NCBI GenBank assembly: GCA_964481895.1
Contig: CAYZUL010000005.1
Span: 942 to 64,941, forward strand
Origin: an uncultured Nitrospirota bacterium
GTDB taxonomy: Bacteria > Nitrospirota > Nitrospiria > JACRHA01
Length of the DNA stretch: 64,000 nucleotides
Direction of reading: 5' to 3'
This document shows, piece by piece, positions 39,597-49,595 of the stretch. The notes beneath the pieces were generated by a model that was not told where the DNA came from, made no database searches, and was given only the letters and a program-made list of their open reading frames with translations. Position 1 is the stretch's first letter. The number at the start of each line of letters is the position of its first letter. The position numbers were made by a program, and so were the translations under genes.

Positions 39597-41450
39597 TTGG
39601 AAATAAAAGAGCAGCAGCTCTCCCTCTGGTACTTCCTGGTTGCCTTCTTGATCCTGTTGACCATACAGAATTTTCTTTTAACGCCTCACCTTGAAAACCT
39701 CTCTTATAGTGATTTCAAGGTTCTCCTGAAGGCTGGGAAGGTGGATAATCTGACCCTTAAGCAGCGTGTTATCTCAGGTACGCTGAAAAAGGAAGGACTG
39801 GAAGATATCCTTCCTAAAGAGAAGATTGAAGAGCTTCAAAGGATTAGTAAGGGGGAGCATCGCTTTATCACGGTCAGGGTGGATGACCCATCCTTAATCC
39901 AGGAACTTGAGGCAGCTAAAGTGCGCTTTGCCGGCCAGGTGGAGAGCACCTGGTTTTCGACCATCCTCTCCTGGGTTATCCCAGCCGTTATCTTCTTTGC
40001 ATTATGGATCTTGCTAATGAAAAGGATGGGGGCAGCCAGCGGCATCATGGAGATAGGCAAAAGTAAGGCCAAGGTCTATATGGAAAAGCAGACAGGGGTG
40101 TCCTTTAATGATGTTGCTGGGGTGGATGAGGCGAGAGCTGAGTTGATGGAGGTGGTGGAATTCCTGAAGAACCCTCAGCGCTATCGACGCCTGGGCGGGA
40201 AGATCCCGAAAGGGGTCCTCCTGGTAGGTGCACCTGGGACAGGGAAGACCCTCATGGCCAAGGCAGTGGCCGGAGAAGCGGGGGTTCCCTTCTTTAGCAT
40301 AAGCGGGTCGGAATTTGTAGAGATGTTCGTAGGCGTTGGTGCGGCGCGGGTACGGGACCTTTTCGCCCAGGCCGAAGGAAAGGCCCCTTGCATCATATTT
40401 ATTGATGAGCTTGATGCCCTAGGCAAGGTGCGCGGATTTAATCCAGTTGGCGGGCATGATGAGCGGGAGCAGACATTAAACCAGCTATTGGTAGAGATGG
40501 ATGGGTTTGATACAAACAAGGGGGTCATCATAATGGCTGCAACCAACAGGCCGGAGATCCTGGACCCGGCCCTGCTCCGGCCCGGGCGATTTGACCGGCA
40601 CGTTGCCCTTGACAGGCCGGATCTAAAAGGAAGGGAAAAGATCCTCCATGTCCATAGTAAAGCCGTTAAGCTATCGCCAAAAGTCGATCTCTCTGTCATT
40701 GCCGCCAGGACCCCGGGGTTTGTAGGGGCGGATCTTGCCAACCTTGTCAATGAGGCCGCATTGTTAGCTGCCCGCAAAGGTAAGGATGCAGTAGAGATGG
40801 TTGATTTCGATGACGCGATAGACCGGATCATTGCAGGACTAGAGAAAAAGACGCGGGTGATGAATCCGAAGGAGAAGGAGACCGTTGCCTATCACGAGGC
40901 TGGTCATGCCATAATTGCCGAATCCCGTCCGCACGTAGACCGGGTTTCAAAGATCTCCATCATTCCCCGTGGTGTTGCCGCATTGGGGTATACACAGCAG
41001 CTTCCCACGGAGGACAGATATCTTCTTAAGAGGACAGAACTGCTTGATCGGCTCGATGTGCTTCTTGGAGGCAGGGTGGCCGAGGAGATTGTTTTCGGTG
41101 ATGTCTCTACCGGGGGCCAGAATGACCTCCAGCGGGCCACAGACTCGGCGCGCCATATGGTAACACAGTATGGGATGAGCGAGCGCCTTGGCTTGGCCAC
41201 ATTTGAAGAGCCGCGCACCTCTCCCTTTTTAAATATCCCTATGCCCCAGGGCCAGAGGGAATACAGTGAAAGGACAGCCCAGGCTATCGATGAAGAGATC
41301 CAAAAGCTCTTAAAGGAATCCCACGCGCGCGTCAACGAGACATTGATTTCAAAACGCTCTATGATGGATTCCCTGGCAAAACTTCTCCTTGAAAAGGAGG
41401 TGGTCGACCGGCTAACCCTGGATAAACTAATGGAAACAGATAGAGAATGA
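39597..41450 (+). CDS. ftsH: ATP-dependent zinc metalloprotease FtsH, paralog A
   Basis: 617 aa; AAA Walker [12 protein letters not shown] region, HEAGH zinc motif; TTG start with a GGGGAGGA RBS. Confidence 0.9.
   Translation: MEIKEQQLSLWYFLVAFLILLTIQNFLLTPHLENLSYSDFKVLLKAGKVDNLTLKQRVISGTLKKEGLEDILPKEKIEELQRISKGEHRFITVRVDDPSLIQELEAAKVRFAGQVESTWFSTILSWVIPAVIFFALWILLMKRMGAASGIMEIGKSKAKVYMEKQTGVSFNDVAGVDEARAELMEVVEFLKNPQRYRRLGGKIPKGVLLVGAPGTGKTLMAKAVAGEAGVPFFSISGSEFVEMFVGVGAARVRDLFAQAEGKAPCIIFIDELDALGKVRGFNPVGGHDEREQTLNQLLVEMDGFDTNKGVIIMAATNRPEILDPALLRPGRFDRHVALDRPDLKGREKILHVHSKAVKLSPKVDLSVIAARTPGFVGADLANLVNEAALLAARKGKDAVEMVDFDDAIDRIIAGLEKKTRVMNPKEKETVAYHEAGHAIIAESRPHVDRVSKISIIPRGVAALGYTQQLPTEDRYLLKRTELLDRLDVLLGGRVAEEIVFGDVSTGGQNDLQRATDSARHMVTQYGMSERLGLATFEEPRTSPFLNIPMPQGQREYSERTAQAIDEEIQKLLKESHARVNETLISKRSMMDSLAKLLLEKEVVDRLTLDKLMETDRE
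40108..41326 (+). repeat. 1,219-bp block 100% identical to 55066..56284 (ftsH paralog core)
   Basis: Direct comparison of the two ftsH copies: the flanks are about 80-85% identical, the central block is perfect, and one SNP marks each boundary (40107/55065 and 41327/56285). Confidence 0.85.
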
Positions 41451-41493
41451 GACTGACGCCAGGAGTTGAATTTCTATTTCAAGAGGTTTTTGC

Positions 41494-42309
41494 ATGCGTA
41501 ACTTAGTATGGCTTTGCATTTATTTAATGCTGGGGTTTGCAATAGCTATCCAGGCGCTATGGGGCGTTTCTGTCTGGACAGCCATTATTGTAGCCCTCCT
41601 GCTGGTCTGTCCGATAATCATGATATGGGGGGCGATAAAGGTGATGCGTCATCCTGCGGAGCTGCCATTGGAATCTGTTCCAGAGACCCGCGGTATGTCC
41701 CTGAACTGGATGGCCCCTTTTTATGATTGGCTGTGCTTGCGCTTCGGGCTAGGTACACCTTTTCGGAAGGAGACCTTACGTTTTGCGGCGTTGCAGGCCG
41801 GTGAGATGATCCTTGATGTGGGGTGTGGTACGGGCGTCCTGACGCGTATGGCGTCAGAGATAGTTGGTCCGACAGGGAAGGTGATCGGGATCGATCCTGC
41901 GCCAAGGATGATCGGCATTGCGAGAAAGCATGCCGCTCTCTCTGGTAATCAAGCAGAATTCAGGCTGGCAGTCATAGAGCACCTCCCATTTGACGATGAA
42001 ACCTTTGATGCAGTTTTATCGAGCGCCATGATCCATCACCTGCCTTCTGATTTGAAACATGCAGGTTTGCTGGAGGTAAAACGTGTGTTAAAACCAGGAG
42101 GACGTCTGGTTGTGGTGGATCTCGACCGGCCTGCCAATCTTCTATGGTGGTTTCTCGTATGGCCGCTATTGATAATGCCTTCGACCCGCGACCACCTGGC
42201 TGGTCGATTGGTCTCATATTTTATAAAGGCCGGGTTCGACCCGGCAAACAAGGTGGGAGGCTGGCGGGGACTTTTGAGCTTCTGGCTGTTATGCAAACCA
42301 AAAAAATAA
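41494..42309 (+). CDS. Class I SAM-dependent methyltransferase with N-terminal TM helices
   Basis: 271 aa; motif I VLDVGCGTGVLT and a Methyltransf_11-like core; two N-terminal hydrophobic helices. Confidence 0.7.
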   Translation: MRNLVWLCIYLMLGFAIAIQALWGVSVWTAIIVALLLVCPIIMIWGAIKVMRHPAELPLESVPETRGMSLNWMAPFYDWLCLRFGLGTPFRKETLRFAALQAGEMILDVGCGTGVLTRMASEIVGPTGKVIGIDPAPRMIGIARKHAALSGNQAEFRLAVIEHLPFDDETFDAVLSSAMIHHLPSDLKHAGLLEVKRVLKPGGRLVVVDLDRPANLLWWFLVWPLLIMPSTRDHLAGRLVSYFIKAGFDPANKVGGWRGLLSFWLLCKPKK

Positions 42310-42349
42310 ACAGGTGTACCAGGGAAACAATAAACAATAGGAGGGTCAA

Positions 42350-43078
42350 ATGAATACCAGAATGATAGGCGTTTTGTTTTTGGCATTGATGCTTTTGGTC
42401 GGTCCAGTAACCTCTGCGCAGATGATGGGTGATGGGATGATGAAGGGCGGCCAGAAGGAGATGGAGAAAAAGGAAGAGGGCCGGATGCCGATGATGCATA
42501 AAATGATGGATGAGATGATGGAGATGATGAAAGAGATGATGGAGGGAATGAAGGGCATGGCCCAGGATCAGCCGACCAAACAGAAGATGGAAGAGATGAT
42601 GAAAAAAATGGATGAGATGATGAAGCAGCATGATTCCATGATGGGAGGGATGATGGGTGGTTCCGGGATGGGATCCTCTGGGATGAAACCCTCCAAGGAG
42701 GGGGCAGCAGCTTCGTCTCTTGCCACTCAGAAAAACAGTGGTGGTGGTGTTACAGTGGAGGCGACCCTGCTAAATCCGAAAACCATCGGAGAGAAGATAT
42801 CCTTACAGATTAAGCTCGATACCCATAGCGTGAACCTCGATCAGTATGATCTGTCCGGGATTTCAAGGCTTCGGGACGACGAGGGAAAAGAATTCTCAAA
42901 ACCAACACTGGAAAAGCCTGAAGGTGAAGGCCATCACAAAGGCGGGATACTTGCATTCTCCAATAAGGATAAAGATGGTAAGCCTATAGTGACGGCAAAT
43001 ACGAAATATATTGAGCTTATCGTAAAGGATGTGGCAGGTGTGGCCGAGCGGACATTCAGGTGGGAGCTTACCAGATAG
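42350..43078 (+). CDS. Met-rich periplasmic protein, putative Cu/Ag-binding (paralog A)
   Basis: 242 aa; signal peptide then dense MxxM/MMxxMM repeats (MPMMHKMMDEMMEMMKEMMEGMKGM) and a C-terminal beta-rich domain. A paralog begins at 63368. Sits in the copper island. Confidence 0.65.
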   Translation: MNTRMIGVLFLALMLLVGPVTSAQMMGDGMMKGGQKEMEKKEEGRMPMMHKMMDEMMEMMKEMMEGMKGMAQDQPTKQKMEEMMKKMDEMMKQHDSMMGGMMGGSGMGSSGMKPSKEGAAASSLATQKNSGGGVTVEATLLNPKTIGEKISLQIKLDTHSVNLDQYDLSGISRLRDDEGKEFSKPTLEKPEGEGHHKGGILAFSNKDKDGKPIVTANTKYIELIVKDVAGVAERTFRWELTR

Positions 43079-43111
43079 AATTTTAGGTCTTCGTTAACCT
43101 GGAGGATCAGC

Positions 43112-43462
43112 ATGAAAATGATTTTGGCGATCGTACGAAGTGAATGCCTGGAAAAGCTGGAGAAAACACTCCTTAAGATTGGAGAAAAAGGTTTCTCGGT
43201 AAACAAGATCCAGGGCATGGGAGAGCTACGTGAATATGGCTACATAATATTTGACCTGGTGAGTCACATCAGGATCGAGATTATTACTTCAGAGGATCGG
43301 GTAGCTGAAATAAAGGACGCTATTGTTGAGGCCGGCTGGACAGGTTACGCTGGTGATGGGCTGATCGCAGTCCTGCCTGTAGATGAGTTTACCAAGATCC
43401 GTACTGCAAAAAGGGTTGATCCTCCGCGCAAAAAGCGGATAAGTAGGAAAAAAGGGCCGTAA
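43112..43462 (+). CDS. P-II (GlnB)-like family protein
   Basis: 116 aa; ferredoxin-like beta-alpha-beta pattern resembling P-II (ILAIVRSE...FSVNKIQGMGE...). P-II-like genes commonly accompany metal-efflux loci. Confidence 0.55.
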   Translation: MKMILAIVRSECLEKLEKTLLKIGEKGFSVNKIQGMGELREYGYIIFDLVSHIRIEIITSEDRVAEIKDAIVEAGWTGYAGDGLIAVLPVDEFTKIRTAKRVDPPRKKRISRKKGP

Positions 43463-43600
43463 TGCATAGTGAAAATATTTCTAACGCTTAGATGGCTGCT
43501 GTGATGATCATTTGACTACTTGAAGGCGACAAAGAATGCTCAAAGACACTGTCTGCGCGATGTATCTGGATGAGAAGTTGATAATTGGAGGATCGAAGAG

Positions 43601-44680
43601 ATGAAGAGATATTTAAAATTATCTATTAGTTTTATATGGGTATTGTCCTTGTTTTTATGTCTTTATCCAGAAACACTCCTCGCCCTTTCGCAGGAGGAAG
43701 AGGGCAATATCAAGGTCTATGAAGGATCGAGCCCTGGTGTGGTAAACATCATTAATACGGCTGTATCTTATGATTTCTTCTTTAACCCTGTCCCTGAAGG
43801 GGGAACTGGTTCCGGTTCTATCATCGATAAGAAAGGGAATATCCTGACAAATTACCATGTGGTTGAAGGGGCTCAGAGGCTCGATGTCACCCTCTCTGAT
43901 GGGAGCAAATGGGAGGCAAAGGTCGTTGGGGCAGATCCCAGCAATGACCTGGCTGTTATCAGGATAGATGCGCCGCAGGACAAATTAAGGATAATACCCT
44001 TCGGAGATTCAGGCGGATTAAAGGTGGGGCAAAAAGTCCTTGCCATAGGCAATCCCTTTGGACTGGAGAGGACACTCACTATCGGGATAGTGAGTTCTCT
44101 CGGTAGGACAATGAGGGCTACCAATGGCAGGCTTATGAGAGAGATTATCCAGACCGATGCAGCCATAAATCCTGGAAACTCCGGCGGCCCTCTTCTAGAT
44201 AGTAACGGAAAGATGATAGGAGTTACTTCTGCTATATTTAGTCCTGTAGGGGCCAATGTGGGTGTCGGTTTTGCAGTTTCTATAAATGTTGTAAAGAAGG
44301 TTGTCCCCCAGTTGATAGAAAAAGGCCGTGTCATAAGACCCTGGCTTGGTATTACGGGCCAGGATATAGATCCTGAGCTTGCGAAGCTATTAAAGCTACC
44401 ATCAGAAGGGATCCTAATTGCAGAGGTTGTTAATGGGAGTCCTGCTGATAAGGCAGGTATCAGGGGAGGGAAAAAAGTTATATCGATAGGCAACCTCCAG
44501 ATTGCAACAGGGGGCGATATGGTGCTGGCTATCAATGGAAAGGCTGTAAAAACTATGGATGAACTGACAGAGGACTTAGAATCGAGGGCAATAGGCCAGT
44601 CTGTTGATATTGATCTTTTAAGGGATGGTAAAAAGAAGGCAGTAAAGATATTGCTTTCAGAAATGCCGCCCGGGCAATAA
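43601..44680 (+). CDS. Periplasmic serine endoprotease DegP/HtrA family (single PDZ)
   Basis: 359 aa; catalytic-triad contexts (TNYHVV, DLAVI, GNSGGPL) and a C-terminal PDZ domain. Confidence 0.85.
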   Translation: MKRYLKLSISFIWVLSLFLCLYPETLLALSQEEEGNIKVYEGSSPGVVNIINTAVSYDFFFNPVPEGGTGSGSIIDKKGNILTNYHVVEGAQRLDVTLSDGSKWEAKVVGADPSNDLAVIRIDAPQDKLRIIPFGDSGGLKVGQKVLAIGNPFGLERTLTIGIVSSLGRTMRATNGRLMREIIQTDAAINPGNSGGPLLDSNGKMIGVTSAIFSPVGANVGVGFAVSINVVKKVVPQLIEKGRVIRPWLGITGQDIDPELAKLLKLPSEGILIAEVVNGSPADKAGIRGGKKVISIGNLQIATGGDMVLAINGKAVKTMDELTEDLESRAIGQSVDIDLLRDGKKKAVKILLSEMPPGQ

Positions 44681-44734
44681 TCTACTTTCTGCTCTTATTA
44701 CCAGGCTTATATCAGTTGAGGAGGGTACGGATCT

Positions 44735-44986
44735 ATGGATCAAAAAAAGCAGTCCCAGGAAAATGGCTTGTTTAAACAACTTAGGAGTATTGCGCTGCTA
44801 GGGCTTTTTGCTATTATTGCCTTCTTCCTCTTTACTGAGCATAGGGCGCACCTCTTTGGTGTCTTACCATACATTCTGCTTCTGCTTTGCATACTTTTTC
44901 ACCTTTTTGGTCATGGGGGAGAGGGACATACGCCTAAAAGGGATGATAAGGATATCCTATCGGGACCGGGAGGGAAACAATCATGA
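44735..44986 (+). CDS. DUF2933-like small His-rich membrane protein
   Basis: 83 aa; two TM helices; motif LLLLCILFHLFGHGGEGH resembles the DUF2933 C/H motif found in metal-resistance loci; 4-nt overlap with the next gene. Confidence 0.5.
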   Translation: MDQKKQSQENGLFKQLRSIALLGLFAIIAFFLFTEHRAHLFGVLPYILLLLCILFHLFGHGGEGHTPKRDDKDILSGPGGKQS

Positions 44987-45630
44987 ACGACGCACCGGCC
45001 TATGGTCTCTGGATGTTGGTTATCATCAACTCGCTTGTATTTATCATCTTTGCCTTCAGCTTTACGCACCCGCGTACCAGACGGGACTGGCGATCATTCG
45101 GCGCCTTTTCGGCCTTTATTGTAGCGCTATTTACCGAGATGTATGGTTTCCCACTCACCATCTACCTGATCTCGGGTTGGCTGCAAAATCGGTATCCGGG
45201 CCTGGATCCATTCTCCCACAACAGCGGCCACCTCTGGGAAACTCTTTTAGGCTGGAAGGGAGATCCCCACTTTAATCCGATGCATATACTCAGTAATATC
45301 TTCATCTTTGGGGGTTTTATCCTCCTTTCATCTGCCTGGAAGGTGCTCTATGATGCACAGCGAAAACATACGCTTGCGGTTACCGGTCCTTATGCGAGAA
45401 TACGTCATCCGCAGTATGCGGGTTTTGTGCTAATAATGTTCGGCTTCCTGCTCCAGTGGCCTACGCTTCTTACATTGATCATGTTCCCCATACTAATCAT
45501 GATGTATACCCGGCTGGCACATCGCGAAGAACGGGAGGTCCTGGCGGAATTTGGTGAAGAATACGCGCGCTATGCGGCTAATACACCCTCTTTCTTCCCG
45601 CGCTTTGGAACAAGAGAGAAGATGGACTGA
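44983..45630 (+). CDS. Isoprenylcysteine carboxyl methyltransferase (ICMT/PEMT)-family membrane methyltransferase
   Basis: 215 aa with multiple TM helices and the C-terminal motif RHPQY...EE. Confidence 0.65.
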   Translation: MNDAPAYGLWMLVIINSLVFIIFAFSFTHPRTRRDWRSFGAFSAFIVALFTEMYGFPLTIYLISGWLQNRYPGLDPFSHNSGHLWETLLGWKGDPHFNPMHILSNIFIFGGFILLSSAWKVLYDAQRKHTLAVTGPYARIRHPQYAGFVLIMFGFLLQWPTLLTLIMFPILIMMYTRLAHREEREVLAEFGEEYARYAANTPSFFPRFGTREKMD

Positions 45631-45636
45631 ATTTGC

Positions 45637-46407
45637 ATGGAACCGAATAAGAATAGAAAGGTAGTTGGCATTGCCTTTGTTCTTTGGTTTTTTGCTCTTA
45701 CCATTAGCCCGGCCCAGGAGCTTACAGGCCGTGAGATCCTGGGCCGGGTAGAGAGGCTCCTATGGGGCCGGACAAGTCAAGGTCTATCTGAGATGACTAT
45801 TATTACTCCACGCTGGCAGCGGACGCTCCTTATGCGCATCTGGATGGAGCGGCCTGATAAGACCTTCGTCCGGATACTCTCCCCCGCAAAAGAGGCAGGG
45901 ATCGGGTCGCTCAGGATCAAGTCCGAGATGTGGAACTATCTCCCAAACATAGAGCGGGTTATAAAGGTCCCTCCCTCCATGATGCTTCAGCCCTGGATGG
46001 GGTCGGACTTTACCAATGACGACCTTGTAAAGGAGAGCAGCATTGTCAATGACTATACCCATGCAATCCTTGGGATCGAGGAGATGGAAGGGGCACAGGT
46101 TTATAAGATAGAGGCGATTCCGAAACCGGATGCACCTGTGGTCTGGGGGAAACTTATCTATTGGGTCAGGAAGAAAGATCTGATCCCCCTAAAGCAGGAT
46201 TTCTACAACGAGCGTGGGGAGATTATCAAGGTTATGACCTTTACTGATATTAGGCAGATGGGGGGACGCATAATCCCCACCCGTTGGGAGATGCGTTCAA
46301 TGAAAAAAGAGGGGAATGTCACAATAGTCGTCCTAAAAGAGATGGTCTTTGACAAGCCCATCAATCAGGAGATTTTTACCTTGAGGAATCTCCAGAAGAT
46401 CGAGTGA
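45637..46407 (+). CDS. LolA-like outer-membrane lipoprotein-sorting/carrier family protein
   Basis: 256 aa; signal peptide; sequence typical of the LolA-like proteins encoded beside FtsX-type ABC exporters. Confidence 0.55.
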   Translation: MEPNKNRKVVGIAFVLWFFALTISPAQELTGREILGRVERLLWGRTSQGLSEMTIITPRWQRTLLMRIWMERPDKTFVRILSPAKEAGIGSLRIKSEMWNYLPNIERVIKVPPSMMLQPWMGSDFTNDDLVKESSIVNDYTHAILGIEEMEGAQVYKIEAIPKPDAPVVWGKLIYWVRKKDLIPLKQDFYNERGEIIKVMTFTDIRQMGGRIIPTRWEMRSMKKEGNVTIVVLKEMVFDKPINQEIFTLRNLQKIE

Positions 46408-46417
46408 GAGTTCGCCT

Positions 46418-47098
46418 ATGATCATCCTAAGGACCGAAAGGCTGACAAAGATTTATCAGCAGGATAGTGTTTCTGTCCATGCCCTTAATGAGGTTGACCT
46501 TGAGATTAAAAAGGGGGAGTTTATGTCAATTGTGGGGCCTTCCGGATCAGGAAAGACCACACTCCTCAATATGATCGGCGGGCTTGATTCCCCTACATCC
46601 GGCAATATCTGGGTAGGAGATCAGGAGATTGGGGGCCTGTCAAAGGGAAGACTTTCAGAAATACGGCTCAGAAGGATCGGTTTTGTCTTTCAGGAGTATA
46701 ACCTTATCCCTGTCTTAAGTGCGCTTGAAAACGTCGAGTATGTGATGCTCCTCCAGGGGGTGCCTGACAAAGAAAGACGTGAGCGATCCCTGGCGATCCT
46801 GAAAGAGGTCGGCCTTGAAGGGCTTGAGCACCGGAGGCCCAGGGAACTATCAGGCGGGCAGCAGCAGAGGGTCGCTGTGGCACGGGCTATTGTGTCGGAA
46901 CCGATGATCGTCCTGGCTGATGAACCTACGGCCAACCTTGATTCCAATACCGGCGCTTCTTTGCTTGATCTCATGCGCGACCTCAATGAGAAGAGAGAGA
47001 TGACATTTGTCTTTTCCACACATGATCCGAAGGTAATGGAGCGGGCAAAAAGGACTATCCTGCTAAAGGATGGAAGGATCATAGATGAAATTCCTTAA
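46418..47098 (+). CDS. ABC transporter ATP-binding protein (LolD/MacB type)
   Basis: 226 aa; Walker A GPSGSGKTT, signature LSGGQQQRVAVARA, Walker B ILADEPT. Confidence 0.85.
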   Translation: MIILRTERLTKIYQQDSVSVHALNEVDLEIKKGEFMSIVGPSGSGKTTLLNMIGGLDSPTSGNIWVGDQEIGGLSKGRLSEIRLRRIGFVFQEYNLIPVLSALENVEYVMLLQGVPDKERRERSLAILKEVGLEGLEHRRPRELSGGQQQRVAVARAIVSEPMIVLADEPTANLDSNTGASLLDLMRDLNEKREMTFVFSTHDPKVMERAKRTILLKDGRIIDEIP

Positions 47099-49595
47099 GC
47101 TGGCATGGCGGAATATCTTTCGAAATTACAGGAGGTCTTTGATCACTTCCTTTACCATTATAGTAGGGGTGTCTGCTCTGATCTTTATCTGGGGTTATGT
47201 GGACGGGATCAATGAGCAGATGATCGAAAACTCCACCCGTTACCTCTCAGGGCACCTCCAGATCCATCAAAAGGGATACCATGAAGAGAGGGCCCTCTAT
47301 CTGGCATTAGAGTATACCGATGACATTCGCACCATGCTGCTTAAAGAGCCGCATCTTGAATCAATAGCCCCCAGGCTTGAGGATAAGGCCCTTATCAGCA
47401 GGGGAGATAAATCTATGGGGATCATAGTTGTAGGCATCGATCCTGAAGAGGAGGCAAAGATCACAACCCTTTCTCTTACAGTCAAAAAGGGTAAATACCT
47501 CGCTTCAGGGGATAAGGATGCCATTCTCCTGGGGGATAAAACAGCTAAGATCCTGAATGCTTCTATCAATGATGAGGTGGTGTTGATTACCCAGGCGTCG
47601 GATGGCTCTATCGGGGCAGGTCGCTACAGGGTTAAGGGGGTCTTTGATACCGGGATAGACATGATAGATGGGGCCTATGTATTTTTGCCCATCAATACAG
47701 CACAGGAACTCTATGTGCTGCCTGGACGTGTGACAGCCCTTGCTGCCCGGCTTGATAGCCGTCAGGCCTCCTCAGAGGTATCTGCACGTCTTGGAGTCCA
47801 ATTAGGCCCCTCCTACGAGGTATTAGGTTGGAAAGAGCTGCTCCCCTCTGTTGTGGCAAGCGCCGAGTTGCATGAGGTTGTCGCATATATAATTCTGATA
47901 GTGGTCTTTCTGGTGGTAGGGGTTGGTATTACAAATACAATCCTTATGGCGGTAATGGAGCGGACCCGAGAATTCGGCGTTATGATGGCGCTTGGAACCA
48001 AAAGGGGTCAGATCATTCTCATTGTCCTCTATGAAGCCATGCTCCTGGGTCTCTTCGGCCTTCTCCTTGGCAATATAATCGGGGTCACAATCCTCCTCTA
48101 CTTTGCAAAAGAGGGGATTGATCTTGGCCAGTATGTCCGTGCCATGGAGACGATGCCTGGCCTCTCCGGCCTTGTCTACCCCCTCCTCCGGATTGATCGC
48201 CTTCTGGTGATATCCGGTCTGGTCTTTATAGTCGGTCTTGCCGCATCCTTTTATCCTGCCTGGAGGGCCTCAAGATTACGGCCTGTTGAGGCGATCCGCG
48301 GGATTGAACGGACAATGAGGATTTCGAGGCCCTACAGATCTAAAAAGGAGGCTGTATGGCATACCAGGCATGTCTTCTTAAAGATTTCTGTCAGGGCCAT
48401 TGCCAGGAATCCGCGGCGCTCCATCCTTGCGGTCTCTGCTATGACCCTCGGACTTGGCTCTTTCCTCTTTCTTTATGCCTTTGCTGACGGTTTTTTTGAG
48501 CAGATGATCGAGACATCAACGGGCTACATCACCGGCCACCTTCAGATCCAGCACAAAAGGTTTCAGGAGGAGATCTCCCCGGAGTTTTCAATCTCCGAAC
48601 CGGGCGGCCTTTTGGCCAGGATCCGCCTTGATCCCCGCGTTCTTGCCGCGGCGCTCAGGGTAGAGGCAAAGGCAATGGTGAGCAGTCCGGTCAAGTCTGA
48701 AGGCATTCACCTGTTTGGTATTGATCCTGTTGAGGAACAGAAGATCACCATCCTTCATCGTGCCATTAAGAAGGGAAGATACCTGATGCCTGGCAACGAC
48801 AGGGAGATCCTCCTCGGACGAAAGTTAGTTGAAAGATTAGGGATAGAGCTCGGCGAGAAGGTTGTTGTGCTGGTTCAAGCGTCAGATGGCACATTGGGAT
48901 CTGCTGCCTTTATAGTAGGAGGTATTTTCGAGACAGAGAATCAGCTTTTTGACGGGTCCATCGGGTTTACAACCCTTAAGGCAGGACAGGCCCTTCTTTC
49001 TTTAGGAGGGCAGGCATCTTCCATTGTGGTTAAGTTAAGAGAGAGGGAGGAGGTGGAACTGGCCGCGGCCTCCCTAAAGGGTATGCTGTCAGGATCCCCT
49101 TATGTCCTGATTACCTGGAAGGGGCTCCTCCCGGAGGTTGTTCAGATGATGGAGTTATCCAGGATGAACATCAATGTAATACTAATGATTGTGTTCGTTG
49201 TTGTGGCGCTTGGTGTGATGAACACACTCCTCATGTCGGTCATGGAGAGGACAAGGGAGTTCGGGGTTATGATGGCCCTTGGAACCAGGCCCTCCCAGAT
49301 CCTAAAGCTTGTCTTATATGAGTCGATGTTCCTGGGTCTTATAGGGATGGCTGCGGGTTATGCTATGGGTGCGGCATTTATATATTATCTGGGATCGAGC
49401 GGCATAGATCTTTCGGTCTATACAGAGCGTAACGTGACCATTCCAGGCCTGACCGGGGTCATCTATCCCCGCCTCATACCGGCCCATGTCCTGATCCCGT
49501 CGCTTATACTATTTTTGACAAGTATTGCTGCCGCCATTTATCCGGCCCTGAGGGCGGCCCGGTTGGCGCCTGTCAGCGCAATCCGGCATGTTTAG
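47085..49595 (+). CDS. ABC transporter permease with duplicated FtsX/MacB-type domains
   Basis: 836 aa; two repeats, each with an N-terminal TM, a large periplasmic domain and a 3-TM FtsX bundle; the two halves share obvious internal similarity (MERTREFGVMMALGT appears twice). Confidence 0.8.
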   Translation: MKFLKLAWRNIFRNYRRSLITSFTIIVGVSALIFIWGYVDGINEQMIENSTRYLSGHLQIHQKGYHEERALYLALEYTDDIRTMLLKEPHLESIAPRLEDKALISRGDKSMGIIVVGIDPEEEAKITTLSLTVKKGKYLASGDKDAILLGDKTAKILNASINDEVVLITQASDGSIGAGRYRVKGVFDTGIDMIDGAYVFLPINTAQELYVLPGRVTALAARLDSRQASSEVSARLGVQLGPSYEVLGWKELLPSVVASAELHEVVAYIILIVVFLVVGVGITNTILMAVMERTREFGVMMALGTKRGQIILIVLYEAMLLGLFGLLLGNIIGVTILLYFAKEGIDLGQYVRAMETMPGLSGLVYPLLRIDRLLVISGLVFIVGLAASFYPAWRASRLRPVEAIRGIERTMRISRPYRSKKEAVWHTRHVFLKISVRAIARNPRRSILAVSAMTLGLGSFLFLYAFADGFFEQMIETSTGYITGHLQIQHKRFQEEISPEFSISEPGGLLARIRLDPRVLAAALRVEAKAMVSSPVKSEGIHLFGIDPVEEQKITILHRAIKKGRYLMPGNDREILLGRKLVERLGIELGEKVVVLVQASDGTLGSAAFIVGGIFETENQLFDGSIGFTTLKAGQALLSLGGQASSIVVKLREREEVELAAASLKGMLSGSPYVLITWKGLLPEVVQMMELSRMNINVILMIVFVVVALGVMNTLLMSVMERTREFGVMMALGTRPSQILKLVLYESMFLGLIGMAAGYAMGAAFIYYLGSSGIDLSVYTERNVTIPGLTGVIYPRLIPAHVLIPSLILFLTSIAAAIYPALRAARLAPVSAIRHV

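Noticed and set aside
40181-40831. 216-aa minus-strand ORFs (also 55139..55789) inside both ftsH genes
   Set aside because: They are antisense to the conserved FtsH AAA domain, Pro/Arg/Ser-rich and low-complexity; they are identical only because the underlying ftsH DNA is identical.
42221-42631. His-rich 136-aa minus-strand ORF (a similar one lies at 63413..63658)
   Set aside because: It is a mirror artefact of the Met-rich gene (ATG Met codons read as CAT His on the opposite strand); the sense-strand protein has a signal peptide and RBS.
43873-44535. 220-aa minus-strand ORF inside degP
   Set aside because: It is antisense to the conserved HtrA protease/PDZ sequence.
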